Part shown: positions 1-9,013 of the stretch, in pieces
Position numbering within the stretch: the first letter of the stretch is position 1
Layout of the letters: every line of letters starts with the position of its first letter
Assembly (NCBI GenBank): GCA_050011355.1
Contig: JBEKJG010000001.1
Coordinates: forward strand, 70,875 to 134,874
Source: Thermoplasmata archaeon
GTDB lineage: Archaea > Thermoplasmatota > Thermoplasmata > Lutacidiplasmatales > UBA184
Length of the DNA stretch: 64,000 bases
Reading direction: 5' to 3'
Position numbers and translations under genes: made by a program
The notes under the pieces: model-generated
What the model saw: the letters and a program-made list of their open reading frames with translations, nothing else
The model's database searches: none
What the model was told of the DNA's origin: nothing

Positions 1-824
1 CGGTGGGGCGGTCGTCTCGGCGGCGTTCGGCTGGGTCGTCGCCGAGCACGGCTACTCGGTCGGATGGTACTTCCTCTCGGGCGCGATGGTCGTCTTCCTG
101 GTCGCGCTGGTGGCGTTGCCGCCCTCGGGTGTCGGCGGGGGTCGTCCGCCGGGCGCGGTGTCCGCCGCCCTTCCTTCCGGGCCCGGCCCGTAGCGCACAG
201 GTCGGCGATCGGGCACTCCCCGCATCGGGGCCCGATCGGCCGGCACAGGTTCTGCCCGTGCTGGACGAGGAGCGGGTTGACCGGGATCCAGTACTTCGGG
301 TCGACCGAGCGCGCGAGCGCCCGCTCGGTCTCCTCGGGGGTCCGGGTCCGGACGACGCCGAGCCGGTTCGCGATCCGGTGGACGTGCGTGTCGACCGGGA
401 TCGCGGGGATCCCGTACCCGAACACGAGCACGCAGTTCGCCGTCTTGGGCCCGACCCCGTGGAGGGAGGTCAGCTCCTCGAACGTCCGGGGCACCACCCC
501 GCCGAACCGCTCGAGAAGGTCCCGGGAGACCTCGCGGAGGACGCGGGCCTTCGTGTGGTAAAAGCCCGTGCCCCGGATGAGCGGCTCGACCTCGGCGATC
601 GGGGCGCGGGCCAGGGACGGGGCGTCCGGGAATCGGGCGAACAGGAGCGCGCTCGCCACGTCGGTCGCCTCGTCGCGCGTCCGCTGGGAGAGGATCGTGC
701 CGATGAGCACCTGGAACGGGTCCTCCGCGTGGTCCCGAAGGTAGGGGGTCCGCCAGTCACCGGTACGGTAGAACATCGAGAGACGGTCGAGCAGCGTCTC
801 CCAGTCGAATCCGGGGTCGCTCAC
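1..824 (-). CDS. nth: endonuclease III (HhH-GPD DNA glycosylase/AP lyase with 4Fe-4S cluster)
   Basis: The frame runs from GTG 822-824 and contains FQVLIGTILSQRTRDE, the HhH motif LTSLHGVGPKTANCVLVFG, PVDTHVHRIANRLG and the FeS ligands CRPIGPRCGECPIADLC. The start overlaps the folC stop (GTGA). There is no in-frame stop before the window edge, so the 3' end is unresolved. Confidence 0.8.
   Translation of the reverse strand, partial: MSDPGFDWETLLDRLSMFYRTGDWRTPYLRDHAEDPFQVLIGTILSQRTRDEATDVASALLFARFPDAPSLARAPIAEVEPLIRGTGFYHTKARVLREVSRDLLERFGGVVPRTFEELTSLHGVGPKTANCVLVFGYGIPAIPVDTHVHRIANRLGVVRTRTPEETERALARSVDPKYWIPVNPLLVQHGQNLCRPIGPRCGECPIADLCATGRARKEGRRTPRPADDPRRHPRAATPPARPGRRPSRPRGSTIRPSSRARRRPSRTPPRRPPH
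2..193 (+). CDS. C-terminal fragment of an integral membrane protein (5' end lies outside the window)
   Basis: This frame is open from the window edge to TAG 191-193. The translation ...AVVSAAFGWVVAEHGYSVGWYFLSGAMVVFLVALVALPPSG... is TM-like and uses G/C-ending codons. It is absent from the ORF track because it has no start codon. Confidence 0.45.
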   Translation, partial: GGAVVSAAFGWVVAEHGYSVGWYFLSGAMVVFLVALVALPPSGVGGGRPPGAVSAALPSGPGP

Positions 825-2287
825 GGGCGGGTCCGGTGGCGTGGAACACGCCCGGGGCGGGTGGGACCGAGGTCGGGTTCGGGCTCGGTCTCGGGCAGGG
901 AGCCCGTGACGCCCGGGTCGGAGAGGTCCGGCTCCTCGGTCGACCCGCTCGGCCGCAGGAGCTCGCCCACCAGGTAATCGCTGCCGACGACGAGCGTGAA
1001 CCCGTCCGGTCCCGTGGATACGCGTCCGATCTTCACGCCGTCCGCCGGCGTGGGCGCGACCACCACGCGGCGGAATCGCCCCGCCGCCGCGGCCCGAAGG
1101 TCACCGACCGGGATCGCGCGGTCCGAGCGGACCGGTACGACCACCAGCGTCTGGGCCAGCACGGAGAGCGTGTCGAGGATCCGCTCGACCTGCTTGCCCT
1201 TGAGGCACCCGAAGACGATCGCGTTCTCGGCCGGGTCGGTGAGCGGCGCGATCTCGGCCAGGCTGACCGCCACCGATCGCGCGCTCTCGGGAGTGTGCGC
1301 CGTGTCGTAGAACAGGTCGGGCCGGCGGGCGACCCGGTCGAGGCGACCGGGCCACTCCGCCGAGGCAAGCCCCGTCCGGACGGCATCGCCCGAGAAGGAC
1401 CGACCGGTCGCGGAAAGGAACCGGGCGGCCGCAGCGACGGCGAGCCCGGTATTCGCCGCCTGGAACGCACCGAACATCGGCAGCCAGATTCCCTCCACGC
1501 GGGTCCCGGGAAGCCGCACGTCGAACCCCTGCCCATCCTCGGAGAGCGTGCGGTTCTCGACCGCCACCTCCCGTCCGAGATGCCACAACGGCACTCCCGC
1601 CCGGCCCGCGTCCGCCTCGATGACGGCCCGTGGTCCGGCCGGGATCTCGCCGAGTACCGCCGTCATCCCCGGCTTCAGGATGCCCGCCTTCTCGTGCGCG
1701 ATCGCCTCGAGCGTGGGACCCAGGAGCTCGGTGTGCTCGAGCTCGATCGTGGTCAGGACCCCGACCCGCCCGTCCAGGAGGTTCGTCGAGTCCAGCCGAC
1801 CGCCGATCCCCACCTCGATGACGCCCACCTCGACCTTCGAGCGGGCGAACCAGTCGAACCCGACGGCGGTCGTCACCTCGAAGAACGTCGGCGCGCGGTC
1901 GATCGCCCCTTCGCGCTGGAGGCGTCCGGCGAGAGCGTCCACCCGCTCCACACCGGCGACGACCTCCTCCCGCGGGATCGGCTTCCGGTCGACCTGGATC
2001 CGGTCCCGGTAGCTCGCGAGGTGGGGGGAGGTGAACAGTCCGGTGCGCAGGCCGTGGCCGCGCAGGACGGCTTCCGTGAGCGCCGCGGTGGAGCCCTTGC
2101 CCTTGCTGCCCGTGAGATGGACGGACGGGAAGGCGCGCTCCGGGTGCCCGAGGCCCGCGCAGAGCGCGGAGATCACCTCGAGGCCGGGGCGGATCCCAAA
2201 GCGACGGCGCGCGAAGAGGCTCGCGAGCGTCGCGCGGTAGGCGTCCGGGATCTCGGGCGCCTTTGGGGGAGCACGGGGTCGTGGCAT
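821..2287 (-). CDS. folC: folylpolyglutamate synthase / dihydrofolate synthase
   Basis: This is the C-terminal 488 aa of track ORF 821..4681, starting at ATG 2285-2287 (MPRPRAPPKAPEIPDAY...). It has the Mur-ligase P-loop HLTGSKGKGST plus VIEVGIGGRLDSTN and FGAFQAANTGLAVAAA. Confidence 0.85.
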   Translation of the reverse strand: MPRPRAPPKAPEIPDAYRATLASLFARRRFGIRPGLEVISALCAGLGHPERAFPSVHLTGSKGKGSTAALTEAVLRGHGLRTGLFTSPHLASYRDRIQVDRKPIPREEVVAGVERVDALAGRLQREGAIDRAPTFFEVTTAVGFDWFARSKVEVGVIEVGIGGRLDSTNLLDGRVGVLTTIELEHTELLGPTLEAIAHEKAGILKPGMTAVLGEIPAGPRAVIEADAGRAGVPLWHLGREVAVENRTLSEDGQGFDVRLPGTRVEGIWLPMFGAFQAANTGLAVAAAARFLSATGRSFSGDAVRTGLASAEWPGRLDRVARRPDLFYDTAHTPESARSVAVSLAEIAPLTDPAENAIVFGCLKGKQVERILDTLSVLAQTLVVVPVRSDRAIPVGDLRAAAAGRFRRVVVAPTPADGVKIGRVSTGPDGFTLVVGSDYLVGELLRPSGSTEEPDLSDPGVTGSLPETEPEPDLGPTRPGRVPRHRTRP

Positions 2288-2310
2288 GAACGTCGCGAAC
2301 GGAGGCACTT

Positions 2311-4080
2311 TCAGTAGGTCGAACGTTCCCGGTACTTGCCGAAGACGTCCTGGAACGCGTGCACGATCTCCCCGAGGGTGGCCTTCGCCCGGAGCGCGTC
2401 CAGCACCGGCGGCATGGTGTTCCCGTCCTCGGTGGCGGCGACCCGCTGGAGCCGCGCGAGCGCCGCCTCGTAGCGGGGTTTCGAGCGGGCGGCCCGCATC
2501 GCCCGGAGGCGCCGGGACTGGCTGCGGCGCGCCTCCTCGGAGATCTTCAGGCGGGGGACCTGGATCGGCACGTCGACCGTGTACTCGTTGACCCCGACGA
2601 CCTTTTCGGTCCCGGCCTCGACCGCCCGCTGGTAGCGGAACGACGCTTCCTGGATCTCGCGCTGGAAGAACCCGCGCTCGATCCCGGCCACCACGCCGCC
2701 CATCTCGTCGATGCGCTCGAAGTACCGGTGCGTCTGCTCCTCCATCGAGTCGGTGAGCCACTCGACGAAGTAGCTGCCCGCGAACGGGTCGACCGCGTCG
2801 GTCACGCCGGATTCGAAGGCAAGGATCTGCTGGGTCCGCAGTGCGATCCGCACCGCGTCCTCGCTGGGGAGCTGGAGCGCCTCGTCGTAGGAGTTGGTGT
2901 GGAGGGACTGGGTCCCTCCGAGCACGCCGGCGAGCGCCTGGACCGCGGTCCGGACGATGTTGAGCTCGGGCTGCTGGGCGGTGCAGGAGCATCCGGCGGT
3001 CTGCGTGTGGAACCGAAGCCAGCGCGAGCGCTCGTTCTTCGCGCCGAACTCGTCCTTCATCACGTCCGACCAGATCCGTCGGGCCGCGCGGAACTTCGCG
3101 ATCTCCTCGAAAAAGTCGTTGTGCGAGTTGAAGAAGAAGGAGAGTCGGGGCGCGAAGTCGTCGACGTCCAGCCCGCGCTCGACCGCCGCGCGGACGTACT
3201 CGCGGCCGTCCGCGAGGGTGAACGCGAGCTCCTGGACCGCCGTCGAGCCGGCCTCGCGGATGTGGTACCCGGAGATCGAGACCGGATTCCAGCGGGGGGT
3301 GTGTTTCGTCGCGTACTCGATCGTGTCCGTGACCAGCCGCAGGGCCGGTCGGGGCGGGTAGAGGAACTCCTTCTGGGCGATGTACTCCTTCAGGATGTCG
3401 TTCTGGGCCGTCCCGCCCATCCGCCCGAAGGGAACGCGGTGCGACTCGCCCGTGAGCAGGTACATCCCCCAGACGATGTTCGCGGGTCCGTTGATCGTCA
3501 TGCTCGTCGTGACGTCGGCGAGCGGGATCCCGCGCAGCAGCCGGGCCATGTCGTCGAGCGAGCTGACGTTCACCCCGCACTTGCCGACCTCGCCGAGCGC
3601 CTCGTCGTCGTCGGCGTCGATCCCGTAGAGGGTCGGGTCGTCGAAGGCGATGGAGAGTCCGGACTCCCCGTGGGCGAGCAGGTATCGGAAGCGGCGGTTG
3701 GTGTCCTCGGGCGAGCCGAACCCGGAGAACATCCGCATCGACCAGACCCGTCCCCGGTACATCGTCGGGTGCACGCCGCGCGTGAACGGTGGCTGGCCGG
3801 GGTAGCCGATCCGGTCGAACCCTGAGCGGGGCGAACGCGGGGTGTAGACGCGCTCGACCGGGATCCCGCCCAACGTCGCGAACGACTCCTTCCGCTCGGG
3901 CCCCTTCGCGAGCGCGGGAGCCAGCACCTCGGCCTCCCAGCGCCGACGGGCATCGTCCACCGCGTCCGGGCGGTCGGCGCGACCTGCCTGGGCTCGAACC
4001 TCCGGCCGACTGGCCGACATCGGACCAAGAGAAGCGTCCGGTGGGATAAGTCCACGGGGCGCGGACGGGCCCGAGGTCAT
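2311..4080 (-). CDS. mcmA: methylmalonyl-CoA mutase, large catalytic subunit (no B12-binding domain)
   Basis: Family-typical blocks are present: PGQPPFTRGVHPTMYRGRVWSMRMFSGFG, TAQNDILKEYIAQKEF, GYHIREAGSTAVQELAFTLADG and LRFHTQTAG. ATG 4078-4080 overlaps the upstream stop (ATGA). An alternative start is ATG 4020. Confidence 0.9.
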   Translation of the reverse strand: MTSGPSAPRGLIPPDASLGPMSASRPEVRAQAGRADRPDAVDDARRRWEAEVLAPALAKGPERKESFATLGGIPVERVYTPRSPRSGFDRIGYPGQPPFTRGVHPTMYRGRVWSMRMFSGFGSPEDTNRRFRYLLAHGESGLSIAFDDPTLYGIDADDDEALGEVGKCGVNVSSLDDMARLLRGIPLADVTTSMTINGPANIVWGMYLLTGESHRVPFGRMGGTAQNDILKEYIAQKEFLYPPRPALRLVTDTIEYATKHTPRWNPVSISGYHIREAGSTAVQELAFTLADGREYVRAAVERGLDVDDFAPRLSFFFNSHNDFFEEIAKFRAARRIWSDVMKDEFGAKNERSRWLRFHTQTAGCSCTAQQPELNIVRTAVQALAGVLGGTQSLHTNSYDEALQLPSEDAVRIALRTQQILAFESGVTDAVDPFAGSYFVEWLTDSMEEQTHRYFERIDEMGGVVAGIERGFFQREIQEASFRYQRAVEAGTEKVVGVNEYTVDVPIQVPRLKISEEARRSQSRRLRAMRAARSKPRYEAALARLQRVAATEDGNTMPPVLDALRAKATLGEIVHAFQDVFGKYRERSTY

Positions 4081-4892
4081 CCCGGCGGGGCGGTGCCTTC
4101 CGTCGGTGCCTTACGGCGAGGTCGGGTTGGGAACCGGAATCCCACGAGGTCGCCCGTTCCCCGTCGCGAGAGCCGAGCCCCGACCTCCTTCGCGAACCGG
4201 GGCGCGGAATCTCCCGTCCATTTCGTGTTGTCCGCGAGCACCGGCGCACCGGGGGAGAGCTTCGGTCGGAGGGTTTCGAACTCGAACCAGAGGTGTTCGG
4301 GCGTGTGGAGGTCGTCGTGCAGGAAAAGGTCGACCGACGGGAGCTCGGCAATGAGCTGGGGGAGAAGGACCCGGCTGTCACCGACCCGAAGGTCCCAGCG
4401 GGAGGACCGGAACGGGATCGCCCAACCGGTGGACAGGCCGGGGGGGAGGGCCACCGCCGACTCGTCGGCCTGGAGGACCGGTCCCTTCTGGTGGGTGGGC
4501 AGGTCGATCGAATGCAAAGTGCCGGAGCGATTCCGGTCGAGGGCCATGAGGAAGTGGGCCGAGGAGACGCCGCTGCTGACCCCGGTTTCCACGACGTGCT
4601 TCGGCTGCAGGAGTCGGACCAGGGCGTACAGCTCGAACGGGGCACAGATCTGGGCGTAGCCGGGGCGCCCCCCGGCGACATGACGACGCCGCATCTCCTG
4701 CTCGAGCGGGACCAGGTCGTCGAGCTCCGTCAGCACTTCGAGGATCCGCTCGACCGGAGCGCCGGACAGCGTCCGCAGCCAGCGGAGGTTCACGGCGGCC
4801 CGGGGGTCACCGAGCGCGCGCCGGGCCTTCAGTCCGAGGTCGTGGGCGCGGTCGGCCGGCGCGGGTCCGGTAGGTTTCGGGGTTGCGTTCAT
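4077..4892 (-). CDS. class I SAM-dependent methyltransferase (Methyltransf_24-like)
   Basis: 271-aa ORF with the Rossmann motif-I-like segment VVETGVSSGVSSAHF and the acidic LFLHDDLH segment. It has 4-nt overlaps with both neighbours. Confidence 0.6.
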   Translation of the reverse strand: MNATPKPTGPAPADRAHDLGLKARRALGDPRAAVNLRWLRTLSGAPVERILEVLTELDDLVPLEQEMRRRHVAGGRPGYAQICAPFELYALVRLLQPKHVVETGVSSGVSSAHFLMALDRNRSGTLHSIDLPTHQKGPVLQADESAVALPPGLSTGWAIPFRSSRWDLRVGDSRVLLPQLIAELPSVDLFLHDDLHTPEHLWFEFETLRPKLSPGAPVLADNTKWTGDSAPRFAKEVGARLSRRGTGDLVGFRFPTRPRRKAPTEGTAPPG

Positions 4893-5593
4893 GCGGCTCC
4901 CGTAGTGTGGAACCGGTCAGGCTTCGCGACGAGATGGGCCTTTCGTACCGTGAGCCGGGCGGTGCTCCCGCCGACCTCCCGCTCCGCGAGGTCGATCTCG
5001 ATCCGCTCTCGGAAGAACGGGGCGTCCACGACCAGGGTCTCGTACTCTCCGCCCTCGCCCGCGATGTGGACTCGAGCGCCCGCCCGGTTCCGACGTTCGA
5101 GCTCGGCGAGCAGTTCGAGGTCGAGCCGGCGACCGAGGAGCTCCGACGAGAGCGACTCGGCCGCCAGGTGCACGAGCCGGATGTCGAGGCCGGCGTCGAT
5201 CTCGTACCGGACGGCGCGCACGGGGTCCTTCCGCCAGAGCGGGGCGAACACGGGGCGGCCGACGACCCTCGCGACCCGAAGGAGCCGGGTCCACTGGTAC
5301 GACGATTCGATCGCGCCGGCGACGACCCAGCCCCTCCCGTCCGACAGCGCTTCCGTGAGGGCAGCCAACTCCTCGGCTTCGCCACGCCCCGGCACGTGGA
5401 CCGCTCGGTACCGCTTCCGCCAGCTTTGCGCCTGAAGTTCGACCAGGTCGAGGTTCGGAGTGTGGAACATCATCGACTCGGGGTCCTCCGGCCGTAGGAC
5501 GACGAGTTCGTCGACCGGCCACCCCTGCGTCTCCGCGAGGTACGCGGCGTAGATCGAGTCCTTGCCGCCCGAGACGAGGGCCGAGACCGTCAC
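4889..5593 (-). CDS. dph6: diphthine-ammonia ligase (MJ0570-type PP-loop ATPase)
   Basis: GTG start. The PP-loop motif SGGKDS lies at the N-terminus (MTVSALVSGGKDSIYAAY), and the C-terminal EGGEYETLVVDAPFF block typical of Dph6/MJ0570 is present. Confidence 0.8.
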   Translation of the reverse strand: MTVSALVSGGKDSIYAAYLAETQGWPVDELVVLRPEDPESMMFHTPNLDLVELQAQSWRKRYRAVHVPGRGEAEELAALTEALSDGRGWVVAGAIESSYQWTRLLRVARVVGRPVFAPLWRKDPVRAVRYEIDAGLDIRLVHLAAESLSSELLGRRLDLELLAELERRNRAGARVHIAGEGGEYETLVVDAPFFRERIEIDLAEREVGGSTARLTVRKAHLVAKPDRFHTTGAA

Positions 5594-5602
5594 GGAGGCC
5601 GA

Positions 5603-7912
5603 TCACCCCGGTAGGGTCAGACCGTCGTGCCAACGCGGATACAGCGGGTCGAGAGGGAATCGGGCGAGCAACCGGTCGTTCCAGGAGAACTGCGCCGCCT
5701 CCGCCGTGACGTGCCCGAGCCGGACCGCCGGGAGCCCGCGGAATGTACGCACGAAGGCGGCCCCGCGGTCGGCCGGCACCTCGACCACGAACCGGGAGCC
5801 CCCTTCCGCCGCGAGGGCGGAACCGGCGCTCGGCAAGCCCGTGGCCGCCAGGTCGACCGCGAATCCGAGCCCGCCCCCGAACGCCATCTCCGCGAGCGTG
5901 ACGGCCAATCCTCCGTCCGAGATGTCGTGCGCCGCAAGGACCAGGTCGGCCGCATCCGCCTTCACCAACCGCTCGCCGAGCCGGCGAAGGTCGGCGGGAG
6001 CGGTCGGCGGGACCCGGAGCCCCGTGCGCCCGTGGCGACGGGCCCAGAGGGATCCACCGAGGTCGGGGGAGGAGGTTCCGAGGAGATAGAGGAGGCTTCC
6101 GCCTTCCTTGAAGTCGCTCGTGACGGCCCGACGCAGGTCGGGCAGGAGGCCGGTCGCGAGCAGCACCGGCGTCGGCGGGATCTCCGCGCCCAGCCCGCCG
6201 TTGTAAAAGCTCACGTTGCCGGAAGGCACGGCAAAACCGAGGGCGTGGGCCGCGCGGGCGAGGCCGGCCGTGACCGAGGCGAAATCGCCCAGCACGCGGG
6301 GGTCCTGCGGATTGCCGAAGTTGAGGCAGTTGGTGAATGCGTCCGGTCGGCCCCCGACCGCGTAGAGATTCCGCGCGGCCTCTTCGACGACCCACTCGGC
6401 TCCCCGAGCCGGGTCCTCCTGGCACGCCCACGGCTGGCTCGCGGTCGCGACCGCCAGCCCCGCCCAGTCTTCCGGCCGGGGCTGCAGGACCGCCGCATCT
6501 CCGTGCGACGGCGAGCTGACCCGTCCATGGAGCGGCCGGATCGCGGTCCTCCCCTGCACTTCGTGATCGTACAACCGGATGACCGGTTCTCGGGAAACCG
6601 AGTCGGGCGCGAGGACCAGGTCGGTGAACTGCGCCTCGACGTCATCGTCGGGCAACGGAGGGGCCGCGCCTCGGGACGGGGGTCGCCGGCGGGTCGGACG
6701 GTGCAACGGAGGAGGGGATACCCGGAACCCGATCCGAAGATGCGCCGCCGGGGCCCCATTCCACACCAACGTTTCGAACGGAGGCTCGGTCACCCGTCCG
6801 ATCGCGGTCGCGGGGACATCGTACCGGCGGAAGATCTCGAGCAGAGCGCCAAGGTCCTTGGGCCGCACGTCGAGCACCATCCGTTCCTGCGACTCCGAGA
6901 CCCAGACCTCCCAGGGGCGGAGCCCGGTCTCGCGCAGGGGGACCCGGGCGAGGTCGAGATGCATGCCGAACCCGCCGGCGTGGGCCAGCTCGCCGAACGC
7001 CGAGGCGACCCCTCCGCCGCCCAGGTCCTTGAGGCCCTGGACCAGCCCGCGGTCGAATGCCTCGAGGCAGGCGTGGATGAGCGGCTCCTTCATGATCGGA
7101 TTACCGAGCTGGACCGCCCCCCGGGACTCGGACTCGCTGCGGTCGGTGAGCTCCTTCGACGCGAACGCCACGCCACCGATCCCGTCGCGGCCCGTCAGCC
7201 CGCCCGCGAGCACGAGGTGGTCTCCGACGGCGTGGGCGCGGTTCGGTAGCAGCCGCTTTTCGGGCAGGAAGCCGAGGCATCCGACGTTCACGAGCGGGTT
7301 CACGACGTATGCCGGGTCGAAGCCGATCGACCCGGAGACGGTCGGTACGCCGACTCGGTTGCCGTAGTCCCGGATCCCGGAGATGACGCCGTTGGCGAGG
7401 TAGCGGGGGCTTTTCACGCCGGCCGGCAGCCGGTCGTCGGGGAGGTCGAGGGGGCCGAAGAAGAGGGGGTCGCTGAGCGCGATCGGCTTTGCGCCGACGG
7501 CGAGAACGTCCCGAAGGATCCCTCCGATCCCGGTCGCCGCGCCACCGTACGGTTCGACGGCGGAGGGGTGGTTGTGGGATTCGATCCGCAGGGCGTAGGC
7601 GAACCCGTCCTTGAACCGCATCACCCCTGCGTCGCCGGTGCCGAGCACGCGCGGCCGGGGGTGGAGGGTGGAAAACGCCCGTTGGAGGAACGGTCGGGAG
7701 CTCTTGTAGCTGCAGTGTTCGCTCCAACTCTGGGCCAGACCCGCGAGCTCGATATCCGTGGGCTCGCGGCCCTCCGCACGGAAGTACGAGCGGATACGCG
7801 CGAACTCCTTCGCGTCAAATCCGAGCCCCCGCTCCGCCGAGACTTTCGCCAGGGAGGCCGCGGACGCGCGGCGGATCGGGACGGTCGTGACGCCTTCGGC
7901 CCACTCCGCCAT
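5603..7912 (-). CDS. purL: phosphoribosylformylglycinamidine synthase II
   Basis: 769 aa with SWSEHCSYKSS, ESHNHPSAVEPYGGAATG, DLGGGGVASA and the tandem AIR-synthase-like domain layout. Confidence 0.92.
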   Translation of the reverse strand: MAEWAEGVTTVPIRRASAASLAKVSAERGLGFDAKEFARIRSYFRAEGREPTDIELAGLAQSWSEHCSYKSSRPFLQRAFSTLHPRPRVLGTGDAGVMRFKDGFAYALRIESHNHPSAVEPYGGAATGIGGILRDVLAVGAKPIALSDPLFFGPLDLPDDRLPAGVKSPRYLANGVISGIRDYGNRVGVPTVSGSIGFDPAYVVNPLVNVGCLGFLPEKRLLPNRAHAVGDHLVLAGGLTGRDGIGGVAFASKELTDRSESESRGAVQLGNPIMKEPLIHACLEAFDRGLVQGLKDLGGGGVASAFGELAHAGGFGMHLDLARVPLRETGLRPWEVWVSESQERMVLDVRPKDLGALLEIFRRYDVPATAIGRVTEPPFETLVWNGAPAAHLRIGFRVSPPPLHRPTRRRPPSRGAAPPLPDDDVEAQFTDLVLAPDSVSREPVIRLYDHEVQGRTAIRPLHGRVSSPSHGDAAVLQPRPEDWAGLAVATASQPWACQEDPARGAEWVVEEAARNLYAVGGRPDAFTNCLNFGNPQDPRVLGDFASVTAGLARAAHALGFAVPSGNVSFYNGGLGAEIPPTPVLLATGLLPDLRRAVTSDFKEGGSLLYLLGTSSPDLGGSLWARRHGRTGLRVPPTAPADLRRLGERLVKADAADLVLAAHDISDGGLAVTLAEMAFGGGLGFAVDLAATGLPSAGSALAAEGGSRFVVEVPADRGAAFVRTFRGLPAVRLGHVTAEAAQFSWNDRLLARFPLDPLYPRWHDGLTLPG

Positions 7913-7916
7913 ACGG

Positions 7917-8156
7917 TTACGTCGGGGCGGGCCGGACGGTCACCCGGTGGATCACGGGGTTCGCGAGCAGCCGGTCCACGGCTTCCTGGGAGAGTCGTTT
8001 CGCCGCGGCCGCGGAGACTCCGGCGAACTCGAGGTCGAAGATCCGGGCCGTACCGACCTTGGGCACCGTCGCGATCCCGAGAAGCCGCAGGGACTTCTCC
8101 ACGCTGTCGGCCTCGGCGTCGAACACGCCGGGTTTGAGCTCGATTCGGACCTCCAT
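7917..8156 (-). CDS. purS: phosphoribosylformylglycinamidine synthase subunit PurS
   Basis: MEVRIELKPGVFDAEADSVEKSLRLLG...NPVIH is PurS-like in size and pattern. It lies 4 nt upstream of purL. The track ORF extends to GTG/ATG 8186, but ATG 8154-8156 gives the typical ~79 aa. Confidence 0.8.
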   Translation of the reverse strand: MEVRIELKPGVFDAEADSVEKSLRLLGIATVPKVGTARIFDLEFAGVSAAAAKRLSQEAVDRLLANPVIHRVTVRPAPT

Positions 8157-8291
8157 GCGCACCGACCGAGCGGGGGCGTGAGGCATCGGACAGAGCTACC
8201 GACGCGGGCAGATAATCTTGAGCCACCCCGCCGACGGCGCCGCTCGGAGCGCGGCGACCGTCGGCCGCGCGCCCACCGCATTATCGGGCTG

Positions 8292-8327
8292 CGGACGTCG
8301 GCCCGGGGGCGGGGCGACCGACGTCCG
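8292..8327. repeat. perfect 10-bp inverted repeat CGGACGTCGG / CCGACGTCCG with a 16-nt loop
   Basis: Read directly from the sequence: 8292-8301 pairs with 8318-8327. It sits in the spacer between purS and the divergent small ORF. Confidence 0.7.
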
Positions 8328-8373
8328 GAACGGGCCCGGGCCCCGGCGGTCCGCTCGCCGGTGCCGGTGCCGC

Positions 8374-8389
8374 AAAAAAGCTCTTATAG
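8374..8389 (+). promoter_or_regulatory. candidate archaeal BRE/TATA element (AAAAAAG-CTCTTATAG)
   Basis: A purine-rich run is followed by CTTATAG 43-49 nt upstream of ATG 8432. A GGTGGGGG Shine-Dalgarno-like element lies at 8415-8422. Confidence 0.4.
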
Positions 8390-8431
8390 TGGGCCTTTCT
8401 CGGCTCGCCGGCTCGGTGGGGGCCGGCCGTC

Positions 8432-8605
8432 ATGGAGGAGTTCATTTGTGGCGTCGAGTTCCTTCGGGGGCCGACGGAGTTCTTCGCCCGCGTGTCGAGC
8501 GAAGCGGGCGGCGTGCGTGAGTACCGCGGACCCAGTTCCACCGCGGTGATCGATCAAGTGATCAACGACCTCCAAGAGGAGTTCGAATCCGCCCCCGCGG
8601 CGTAG
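8432..8605 (+). CDS. small hypothetical protein (57 aa)
   Basis: Runs from ATG 8432 to TAG 8603-8605: MEEFICGVEFLRGPTEFFARVSSEAGGVREYRGPSSTAVIDQVINDLQEEFESAPAA. Its third codon positions are more G/C-rich than those of the antisense 63-aa track ORF. It has a promoter-like element upstream. It falls below the track length cutoff. Confidence 0.4.
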   Translation: MEEFICGVEFLRGPTEFFARVSSEAGGVREYRGPSSTAVIDQVINDLQEEFESAPAA

Positions 8606-8671
8606 AGGGGTCGGGAGCCGGGCATTCGCCGTTCAGGGTCGGGAAACCGCGTTACACAGGGAGTCGCAATC

Positions 8672-9013
8672 ATGGAAAAACCAACCGGGTCCAAGGCGCC
8701 GGTGAGCAACGCCGTCGAGAGCGCCTACACCAAGGTCTGGGGCGAGGAGAACGTCGTCGCCCTCATCGCGCTCAAGGTCGAGACCTCCGAGGCGGACTCG
8801 GTCGCGAGCGACGTAGCCAAGTTCACCGAGGCCGAGGACGTCTTCCTGGTCACGGGCGACACCGACATCTTCCTCAAGGTCCGATTCCCCCACTACGAGG
8901 AGTTGAAGGAGTTCGTCCTGCGCCGGCTGCCCGCCGTGCACGGCATTCGCGAGTCGAAGACCCTGCTCGTGGTGACCGCCTACAAGGAAGGCGGGGAGAC
9001 CCGCCCCGCATGA
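8672..9013 (+). CDS. stand-alone Lrp/AsnC ligand-binding (RAM) domain protein
   Basis: 113 aa with VVALIALKVETSEADSVASDVAKFTEAEDVFLVTGDTDIFLKVRF...ELKEFVL..L..V.GI, the RAM-domain pattern, and no N-terminal HTH. A GGGAG Shine-Dalgarno element lies upstream. Confidence 0.7.
   Translation: MEKPTGSKAPVSNAVESAYTKVWGEENVVALIALKVETSEADSVASDVAKFTEAEDVFLVTGDTDIFLKVRFPHYEELKEFVLRRLPAVHGIRESKTLLVVTAYKEGGETRPA

Noticed and set aside
821-4681. 1286-aa track ORF that appears to be one giant gene
   Set aside because: Only the last 488 aa (from ATG 2287) form a real protein, FolC. The upstream part is an out-of-frame read-through across the mutase and methyltransferase genes, which are clearly encoded in other frames of the same strand.
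8575-8600. GAGTTCGAATCCGCCCCC, which resembles a tRNA T-loop and 3' end
   Set aside because: The flanking nucleotides cannot form a T-stem (AGGAG against CCGCC), and the segment lies inside a plausible small coding frame.
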